A stretch of 32,000 nucleotides of DNA, from contig JADFSZ010000002.1 in the NCBI GenBank assembly GCA_022560555.1, forward strand, positions 1 to 32,000, read 5' to 3'. The stretch comes from PVC group bacterium (GTDB taxonomy: Bacteria > GCA-001730085 > JADFSZ01). Shown one piece after another: positions 11,213 through 18,052 of the stretch (within the stretch, counting starts at the first letter, position 1; each line of letters opens with the position of its first letter). Both the position numbers and the translations under genes were made by a program. Under the pieces are notes generated by a model. That model did no database searches, was not told where the DNA came from, and saw nothing but the letters and a program-made list of their open reading frames with translations.

Positions 11213-11818
11213 TCACCAAACCACAATTTGATCACGCAAAGCTTCATAGCGTTTCTGTCCGATTCCGGGAACGCTCATAAGATCAACTGGCGATTTAAAA
11301 GAACCGTTTTTCTCTCTAAATTGAACAATACTTGCGGCCAGTTTCGGACCAATCCCCGGCAATGTTTCTAATTCGCTTATCCGGGCTCGATTAATATCGA
11401 TTTGTTGGGGCCCAAGCGCGAACACGGAGGCTTGGAATTGTGTGCTATTCAAAAAAGACGCGTTCTCTTTATCCTTAGTCGAAAAGACCATTACTTTTTC
11501 TTCATCTCGAAGCTTTCTGGCCAGATTAATTCGGGTGCGATCCGCGTCCTCCCGGAGACCTGCCAGGTGCATGAGATCTATCAAACGATCGCCTTTCTCT
11601 AACTGATACACTCCCGGTTTTTTCACGGCTCCTTCGACATGAACAATAATGGTTTCGGCTTGCTTTTCGACTTTTGCGTGCGAAACAGTTATTTTTTCAT
11701 CGGACGCGTTCGTCGTATTATTGATCAACATGAGGACGAGCCCTATGACACCAAAAAGCCCTAAAAAGAAAATGGTTTTTTTTTCAGCTGTTGATAGGTA
11801 TTCTGACATAATGTTCAC
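11213..11818 (-). CDS. comEA: ComEA-family DNA-binding competence protein (SLBB + tandem helix-hairpin-helix)
   Basis: TM anchor, SLBB-like 'VHVEGAVKKPGVYQLEKGDRLIDLMHLAGL', and C-terminal HhH2 'INRARISELETLPGIGPKLAASIVQFREKNGSFKSPVDLMSVPGIGQKRYEAL'. The start is ambiguous: GTG at 11818 or ATG at 11809. Confidence 0.85.
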   Translation of the reverse strand: MNIMSEYLSTAEKKTIFFLGLFGVIGLVLMLINNTTNASDEKITVSHAKVEKQAETIIVHVEGAVKKPGVYQLEKGDRLIDLMHLAGLREDADRTRINLARKLRDEEKVMVFSTKDKENASFLNSTQFQASVFALGPQQIDINRARISELETLPGIGPKLAASIVQFREKNGSFKSPVDLMSVPGIGQKRYEALRDQIVVW

Positions 11819-11861
11819 ACCCGGTTAAACTTGTGTAGTTTAACAGATTCGTGCATACTAT

Positions 11862-12296
11862 TCAATATTGCTTGGACATATCTTCCATGGGCGGATGCTT
11901 TATCTTAATCCAGTACGAGCTCTTCTGCCCGGGCCACTTACGATCTAAAAACCGCACGCCAACAAGTTTTGCGATAAGGGATATGAAAAGGAAAACACCG
12001 TAAAAAAGCACAAATAAGACCAATGTGGTTATGATGTGTCCGATGCAAGCCGCGAGCGTGACCCACGGGATATAAATCGGCAAAATTCCTTTAGGGTTAA
12101 TGAGTGTGATTGTCAAGATGACACCGGATATTATGAACCACTTCGGATAGTGGATAGAGCCTTTTGACAACCCGAAGAGTCCGATCCCTAAAAGAATGAC
12201 ACTTAAAATCAGCCCGAAGATTTTCCAATCTTTGGGATTTTTAGAGAAAATTGCATTTTTAGTGAAAGTAAGATTTTTTTCAATCCAGTTCTTCAT
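11862..12296 (-). CDS. SxtJ-like small membrane protein (carbamoyltransferase-associated)
   Basis: Four hydrophobic helices. It sits directly after a NodU/CmcH carbamoyltransferase, as SxtJ-family proteins usually do. The ATG at 12296 is preceded by GGAG (gtGGAGtgccttATG). The family call comes from memory of the architecture, not from a search. Confidence 0.45.
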   Translation of the reverse strand: MKNWIEKNLTFTKNAIFSKNPKDWKIFGLILSVILLGIGLFGLSKGSIHYPKWFIISGVILTITLINPKGILPIYIPWVTLAACIGHIITTLVLFVLFYGVFLFISLIAKLVGVRFLDRKWPGQKSSYWIKIKHPPMEDMSKQY

Positions 12297-14093
12297 AAGG
12301 CACTCCACGGAACACCGTTTCAGGTTCCGGTTGATCTTTTTTATCAATCAGGAAATTTTCTAAAACAAGATAGTCTATCCCCGTCCGCATAAAACACCGC
12401 CAGGCATCCTCCGGGGAGCACACGATCGGCTCGCCCCTAACATTAAACGATGTGTTGATCAGAACAGGACAAGCCGTTAAATCTTCAAACGCTTTAATGA
12501 GCTGATAAAAGTCCGGGTGATCGGCTTTATCGACAGTTTGAACGCGACTTGAATAATCGACGTGAGTCACGGAAGGGATCATCGAACGGACAAGCGAAAG
12601 CTTTTCAAACCCTTCTTTGCCTTGGGGCTCACCGCCGCCTCTTTGGGCCGCGGAGGCCACATCAGCGACAAGAAGCATGTATGGACTGGGCTCTTTAAGA
12701 TCAAAATATTCTTCTTTTTTTTCGTTTAAAACAACCGGAGCAAACGGACGGAAACTTTCCCGGAATTTGATTTTTAGATTTAGCTTTGCCTGCATTGCGG
12801 AGTCCCGCGGATCGGCAATAATACTTCTGGCCCCTAAGGCTCGCGCCCCGAATTCCATAGGCCCCCGAAACCATCCGATGACATTTTGCTGGGCTATCAA
12901 ACCGGCAACGTTTTGAAACAAGACTTCATCTTCCAGTTTTTTGTATTTAATATTTTCCCGATCTAAAAACGACTGAATATCTGTCTCTTTGTAGCAGGGG
13001 CCTAGCAAAGAGAGCTTCTGATCATCATGATGATTGTGTCTGTGCCGTTTATGTTCTTTATTTTGATACCAGGCAATAAGAGCCGCCCCGAGAGCGCCGC
13101 CCGCGTCTCCGCTGGCCGGTTGAATCCAAATCTTCTCGAAAGAGCCGTCTTTGAGGATTTTGCCATTTGCGACACAGTTAAGAGCGACGCCGCCGGCTAA
13201 ACACAAATTTTTCATTTTCGTTTCTTTCCGGATATGACGGGCCATCTTTACCATAATATCTTCTGTAACATTTTGAATGGATCGGGCTATATCCATTTCT
13301 TTTTGCGTGATTTTTGTTTCCGGTTTTCTTGGTTTCCCGCCGAATAATTTATGAAATTTTCGATGGGTCATCGTTAATCCTGAGCCATAATTAAAATAGC
13401 TCATATTCAGATGAAAAGATCCGTCTTCCTTTACATCAATTAAGTGATCCGAATCAATTTTTCATAAGAAGGCTCTCCGTACGGAGCCAAGCCCATCAGT
13501 TTGTACTCGCCGGAGTTCACCCGAAATCCTGCATAATAGGTAAAAGCAGAATAAAGAAGGCCCAACGAATGAGGAAACCGTATTTCATTTTCGAGAGTGA
13601 TATCTGTATCACGGCCCACCCCGAAGGTGCATGTTTGCCATTCCCCCACTCCATCGACAGTAAAAATCGCTGATTCCTTGAACGGAGACGGATAAAAAGC
13701 CGAAGCGGCATGACTGGCATGATGCGCGGGAAAAAGAATTTCGTATCGGCCGGATAGTTCTTGCCGGATCAAATCTTTGATCCATAATTTTTGTTTCAAC
13801 CAAATCGGGATAGCTTTAAGAAACGAGGGGAATCCAATAGGGACATAGTCCAGATAGGTTTCTATGAGGCGCTCGAATTTAAGAAAGGGCTTTTCGTAAA
13901 AACTCACGACCGACAAATCATGACTCGTGATTTTAGCTTCATTGAGGCAGAACCGAATAGCACGAGAGGGAAAAGAGCTATCATGCTTTTTTCTTGTAAA
14001 ACGTTCTTCTTGTGCCGCAAACAAAATTTCGCCGTCTTTGATAAGGCACGCGGCACTGTCATGATAGTAGGCTGAGATTCCTAGAATGTACAT
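12280..14093 (-). pseudogene. NodU/CmcH-family carbamoyltransferase interrupted by a single-nucleotide frameshift (ORFs 13440-14093 and 12280-13404)
   Basis: The N-terminal ORF ('MYILGISAYYHDSAACLIKDGEILFAAQEERFTRKKHD', 'HHASHAASAF', 'LMGLAPYGEPSYEKLIR') and the C-terminal ORF ('NMSYFNYGSGLTMT', 'LCLAGGVALNCVANG', 'IQPASGDAGGALGAA', 'NTSFNVRGEPIVCSPEDA') are contiguous halves of one enzyme. The second frame is already open from 13461 and reads '..DHLIDVKEDGSFHLNMSYFNY'. Inserting one G at about 13449 (cgg-atc to cgg-gat-cac) restores 'YEKLIRDHLIDVKEDGSF'. Confidence 0.85.
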
Positions 14094-14213
14094 AAGGGAT
14101 ATGGGTTTGGAAAATTAAAGATACAGGTCTAATCAAAGGCGTGAATCATCCGCCTTATAAAGGGATCAGGCTGTCAATTCATTTCCCCGGGATTCACACG
14201 GACATCCGGGGCG

Positions 14214-15512
14214 CTAACATTTAGCTTCACATTGTTTGGAGATACGGATCGTTTGATCCCTTTTTGACCCCACAGAAACCAATTCGATGTTCGCTTCAAG
14301 AAGTTCTTCGATGCGATCAAGATAGTTTTTGAGCTCTTGAGGGAATTCCTCATATTGAGTCAACCCGGTCGTATCTGTCTTCCATCCCGGATGTTCTTCA
14401 TAAATCGGTTTGCATCGTTTCAAGATGTCGATTGAGTTCGGAAAACGATCGAGGATTTTTCCGTCACATTCATACCGGGTGCATATTTTAATAGTTTCAA
14501 GCTCATCAAGGACATCCAGTTTTGTCACAGCCAGAGCATTGATCCCGTTAATCATGACCGCGTACCGGGTCACAACCGCATCCAGCCAGCCGCACCGGCG
14601 AGGGCGGCCCGTTGTCGCTCCAAACTCTTCACCTTTTGCGCGGATTTTTTCTCCGAATTCCGGAGGGAACTCTGTAGGGAGAGGACCTTCTCCGACCCGG
14701 GTTGAATACGCTTTAACGACGCCCATGGCTTTTTCGATTTTCGTCGGTCCGACACCCGTTCCCGTACAGGCTCCGCCGCACGTTGAATTGGATGATGTCA
14801 CATAGGGATACGTTCCATGATCGACGTCAAGCAGGGTCCCCTGAGCGCCTTCAAACAAAACGGACTTTCCTTGATCGATGGCTTCGTTCAATATCCATGA
14901 TACGTCAGCAATATACTCTTTTAACTCCCCGGCAATCTGGATATATTCATCAAAAATATCTTTTGTCACAAAACTGCCCAAGCCGTATATTTTACTCATA
15001 ATTTCATTTTTTTCTTTAAGATTATCCTCAAGCTTCTTGTAGAAAACATCCCGGTCCAATACATCCCCCACACGAATTCCGGTACGCGCGATTTTGTCCA
15101 CATAGGCCGGCCCAATCCCGCGACCGGTCGTGCCGATCTTTTCAAGCCCTTTACGTTCTTCTTTAATCTTATCGAGTGCTTTATGATACGGAAAAATCAA
15201 ATGGGCGTATTGACTGATAAAAAGCCGCCCCTTAACAGAGATCCCTTGCGATTCTAGTCCCTTGATTTCGGAATAAAGATCCGCGAGATCGATAACAACG
15301 CCGTTGCCGATAACACAGATTTTGTCTTTGTGAAGAATCCCGGATGGAATGAGGTGAAGAATATATCTGTCGTCTCCGATCACGACCGTGTGTCCGGCAT
15401 TGTTTCCCCCTTGATAACGAACAATATAGTCCGCCTCAACTGTGAGGTAATCTACAATTTTCCCTTTGCCTTCGTCACCCCACTGGGCACCCACAATCAC
15501 GATATTGGACAT
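14214..15512 (-). CDS. purA: Adenylosuccinate synthetase
   Basis: 'VVIVGAQWGDEGKGKIVD', 'GGNNAGHT', 'IGTTGRGIGPAY' and 'FGATTGRPRRCGW' are canonical PurA motifs across the full length. Confidence 0.97.
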   Translation of the reverse strand: MSNIVIVGAQWGDEGKGKIVDYLTVEADYIVRYQGGNNAGHTVVIGDDRYILHLIPSGILHKDKICVIGNGVVIDLADLYSEIKGLESQGISVKGRLFISQYAHLIFPYHKALDKIKEERKGLEKIGTTGRGIGPAYVDKIARTGIRVGDVLDRDVFYKKLEDNLKEKNEIMSKIYGLGSFVTKDIFDEYIQIAGELKEYIADVSWILNEAIDQGKSVLFEGAQGTLLDVDHGTYPYVTSSNSTCGGACTGTGVGPTKIEKAMGVVKAYSTRVGEGPLPTEFPPEFGEKIRAKGEEFGATTGRPRRCGWLDAVVTRYAVMINGINALAVTKLDVLDELETIKICTRYECDGKILDRFPNSIDILKRCKPIYEEHPGWKTDTTGLTQYEEFPQELKNYLDRIEELLEANIELVSVGSKRDQTIRISKQCEAKC

Positions 15513-15549
15513 TACGATCCTCTTTGAGGAAATACTATAAACAAGTGTA

Positions 15550-15583
15550 TAAGAAATAAAGGCTTCGGGGCAATCCCGGAGCC
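15550..15583 (-). promoter_or_regulatory. Terminator-like hairpin inside the putative purA leader (possible attenuator)
   Basis: Minus strand: GGCUCCGGG-AUUGC-CCCGAAGCC (9 bp including one G.U, 15561-15583) followed by UUUAUUUCUU (15560-15551). It lies only ~40 nt upstream of the purA ATG and downstream of the candidate promoter. Confidence 0.35.
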
Positions 15584-15599
15584 GAAAAAACCACGCAGA

Positions 15600-15628
15600 A
15601 AACTAACATACCTCCCGTGGGGAGTCAA
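15600..15628 (-). promoter_or_regulatory. Candidate sigma70 promoter for purA
   Basis: Minus strand: TTGACT (15628-15623), a 17-nt spacer, then TAGTTT (15605-15600). Confidence 0.3.
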
Positions 15629-15635
15629 GCATTGA

Positions 15636-15693
15636 TTTTCCCTGTCTTTTCCCTTTAGAACTTTTCCCTTTTAGAATCTTTCCCTTTAAAAAA
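15636..15693. repeat. Four direct copies of TTT(T)CCCT (minus strand AGGGAAA(A)), three embedded in 15-17-bp units 'CTTTTCCCTTTAGAA'
   Basis: Cores start at 15636, 15647, 15662 and 15678. The units are cttttccctttagaa / cttttcccttttagaat / ctttccctttaaaaaa. The nearest copy ends 8 nt upstream of the candidate -35. Confidence 0.7.
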
Positions 15694-15751
15694 GGTGCGC
15701 TTCAGGAAAGACATGAAGACCCCCGCGCTCTTTTGCCCACGAGATGATGGC

Positions 15752-15781
15752 ACAAAAAAACCTTGCTTCCTTTGGGCAAGG
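15752..15781 (-). terminator. Rho-independent terminator ending the pilus operon / receiver gene
   Basis: Minus strand: CCTTGC-ccaaaggaa-GCAAGG (stem 15761-15766 / 15776-15781) followed directly by TTTTTTTGTG (15760-15751), about 55 nt after the receiver stop codon. Confidence 0.75.
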
Positions 15782-15833
15782 ATGGTCAAACACCTGGGTA
15801 ATCTGTCGACATCACAGAGTGTCTTTTTAATAT

Positions 15834-16208
15834 TTACACAGCCGGCCCGATATATTTATTAATCTTTTGAAGGAGGTCCTCCGGATCATACGGTTTGCTG
15901 AGATAATCATCGGCTCCGACTTTTTCGCCCAAATGCCGGTCCTCATCCGTTGATTTTGCCGAAGAAATGATGATCGGAATATGCTTATATTTCTCGTCAA
16001 ATTTTAATAAGCGGCACACCTCATATCCTTCCATCTTCGGCATCATGAGATCCAAGATGATCAGATCCGGGTTTTGTGATCTCGCTTTTTCCAGGCCTTC
16101 GGCTCCATCTGAAGCGGTCAACACCTCATAGCCTGACGCTTTAAGACGCATTGACAGGAGTTTTGTGATATTCGGTTCATCCTCCACAAACAGTATTTTT
16201 TTAGCCAT
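15834..16208 (-). CDS. Single-domain CheY-like response regulator (receiver only)
   Basis: 'KILFVEDEPN', phospho-acceptor context 'DLIILDLMMPKMEGYEV', 'IIISSAKS' and 'DYLSKP'. At 124 aa it has no output domain. The RBS is GAGGGG. Confidence 0.9.
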   Translation of the reverse strand: MAKKILFVEDEPNITKLLSMRLKASGYEVLTASDGAEGLEKARSQNPDLIILDLMMPKMEGYEVCRLLKFDEKYKHIPIIISSAKSTDEDRHLGEKVGADDYLSKPYDPEDLLQKINKYIGPAV

Positions 16209-16278
16209 TCTCTATTTCCCCTCATTCGATGTTGTTCATGTGCGCGTCATAGCATAGCCGTGAGTTCATTTCCCCCTC

Positions 16279-17541
16279 TCAGGGTCTAACAAATAAAGCG
16301 GCCCCCCGGGGCTCCATTTTGACAACTTCAAGATCTACGAGACCGCGTAAGAATACCACATTCTCTTTGCCCTTGTCAAAATCGTAGTCATACCGTCCGT
16401 CCGGACCTAAACTTAAAAAATTAAGCGGAATATCCGTCGTCAAATTCACATTCTCACTTAAGACAACGTGGCCCGGAGGATACTCGACCATGTATTTCGT
16501 GATCACAGGCGCGTCATGGTCATATCCTAAGGTGACTTGAATGCGCCACATACGCCCCGTCTCGGGTTTGGCCTCTAGAACAATCCGATCGCCGCTCTCA
16601 AAGGTTCGGATATTCGCTAGGCTAAAAACACGTATATGTTCTGAGTCCGGAATCCGGATCCGTGTTCCCTCGGCGATGAGCAAGCCCGACCCGGAACTCC
16701 GGGTATTTCGCATATGAACAAACGCTGTTCCTGTTTTTTGGGTTTGAATATCTTTTTCTTGAGCGTGTCCTATCGACGCGGTCACACTTACTTTGACGGC
16801 CGAAATATTGGGGATGTTTACTTTCAAAGGAGAGAGTTCCTGGTTCATGTTATTAAAATACTGAAAATGACATTGAGAAATTTTACCTCCCGAGGGCAGC
16901 CGCCCCGGAATCGATTGCGTCAGGCCCCGGTAGGTACGACTGAGACTATCATCTTTCCAGGAGAGTGTCATCGCGCAGTCCGGAAAATGTTCGGCATCCG
17001 GATGGAATATAAAACGAATGCGATCACCCGCGCGAACCGCCTGGGTGAGATAAACTTTATCATTCAGTTCCCGGGCGCGTTCTTTTTCCCCGGGCACAAA
17101 TGTCACCGGTATTTGAGACCATTTCTCTTTTCCGGATTCCGACACTTCTTCCAAGATTTCGGCAATCGGCGTAAAGCTTCCGGGTTTATACGGACGGTTG
17201 AGGATAAACGGTTTTTGTGCGGCCGTTCGAGACGATTGATGAACGAATGAAGGATCATGGGTCTCGTCCGTCCATAAAGGAACAAACCGAATGAAAGTTT
17301 CCCCAAGATCCAAAATTTCCAGAGAATCTTTGACGCCAAGATTGTCAAAACCTCCCTGAATGATTTCTTCGAGACAATCATCTATGGCTTTTTCGAGAAG
17401 GATCTCCTGTTGGCTATACGTGTAAGCGTCCAGGCTGGCTTGAAGCATATACAGCGTGACTCCCGTCAGCATGCCTGCGATCGCGATCGCGATCAAGAGC
17501 TCCAAGAGCGTTAGCCCTTTGTGGTTTAGCCGTTTGTCCAT
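16279..17541 (-). CDS. Large (420 aa) prepilin-type minor pseudopilin, PilW/GspJ-like with a C-terminal extension
   Basis: The ATG at 17541 has an AGAGGGG RBS 8 nt upstream. The leader is 'MDKRLNHKG|LTLLELLIAIAIAGMLTG' (Glu at +5). The later '...ISAVKVSVTASIG....TAFVHMRN' resembles PilW/GspJ minor pilins, followed by ~130 extra residues. The ORF-track TTG at 17598 overlaps the preceding gene. Confidence 0.75.
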   Translation of the reverse strand: MDKRLNHKGLTLLELLIAIAIAGMLTGVTLYMLQASLDAYTYSQQEILLEKAIDDCLEEIIQGGFDNLGVKDSLEILDLGETFIRFVPLWTDETHDPSFVHQSSRTAAQKPFILNRPYKPGSFTPIAEILEEVSESGKEKWSQIPVTFVPGEKERARELNDKVYLTQAVRAGDRIRFIFHPDAEHFPDCAMTLSWKDDSLSRTYRGLTQSIPGRLPSGGKISQCHFQYFNNMNQELSPLKVNIPNISAVKVSVTASIGHAQEKDIQTQKTGTAFVHMRNTRSSGSGLLIAEGTRIRIPDSEHIRVFSLANIRTFESGDRIVLEAKPETGRMWRIQVTLGYDHDAPVITKYMVEYPPGHVVLSENVNLTTDIPLNFLSLGPDGRYDYDFDKGKENVVFLRGLVDLEVVKMEPRGAALFVRP

Positions 17542-17563
17542 GCCGGACACCCCTCTTATTTTT

Positions 17564-18052
17564 TTATTCCACGCTGTTAAACCAATCCAGGTCTTCAATG
17601 AGTGTCACGGCTTGGGCTTCCGGGAGCCCCTCAGGTTCCGAAAGAGTCGCCTCTGTTAGCTGGTAAGCCAAAATGCGAACTTCCAGAGGATCTGTTTGAA
17701 GATCCACCGTTCTCTTTATACGCCAGTACTTTTTGTTCAGTGTAACGGGAGCCTCATCCAGGGGCGGATCCCAAACATCGCCTAAAGCTTTTAGTTGGGC
17801 CTCCGTAAGCCCCATGTTTTTAACTTTTTCCATTCCTTCCTGGATCAGATATCTGGCGGTAGTCAAGTCCTGATCCATAGACACTTGTTCCAAAGAAGCT
17901 GTAAACATGCGCATGAGAGGAACAAACACAATGGCAATTACGGCAAGCGTGATGAGAAGCTCGATGAATGTAAAACCCTTTTTAGTTCGGAGGGCAAAAC
18001 GCATTCTCTGTGATCTCTGTGTGCTCTGTGGTGAAGGTCTTAAAAAAGTCAT
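17564..18052 (-). CDS. Prepilin-type minor pseudopilin
   Basis: The class III signal is '...MRFALRTKKG|FTFIELLITLAVIAIVFVPL' (Glu +5). The ATG at 18052 overlaps the stop of the giant gene (ATGA) and gives a 26-aa leader. The alternative ATG at 18004 gives a 10-aa leader. Confidence 0.75.
   Translation of the reverse strand: MTFLRPSPQSTQRSQRMRFALRTKKGFTFIELLITLAVIAIVFVPLMRMFTASLEQVSMDQDLTTARYLIQEGMEKVKNMGLTEAQLKALGDVWDPPLDEAPVTLNKKYWRIKRTVDLQTDPLEVRILAYQLTEATLSEPEGLPEAQAVTLIEDLDWFNSVE

Noticed and set aside
14094-14213. Two GC-rich hairpins (approximately 14184-14210 and 14146-14166) between purA and the carbamoyltransferase gene, considered as terminators
   Set aside because: Neither is followed by a T-run on the minus strand, so I cannot call an intrinsic terminator. 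The transcriptional relationship of the two genes is left open.
15655-15714. 19-aa minus-strand mini-ORF (MSFLKRTFFKGKDSKREKF) with a GGGGG 5 nt upstream, reading through the AGGGAAA repeats
   Set aside because: It is too short to evaluate. The repeat is more simply explained as a DNA-level element upstream of the purA promoter. I noted it only in case ribosome profiling data exist.
16714-17250. 178-aa plus-strand ORF inside the large pseudopilin gene
   Set aside because: It is an antisense shadow ORF. It is basic and low-complexity, and has no RBS.
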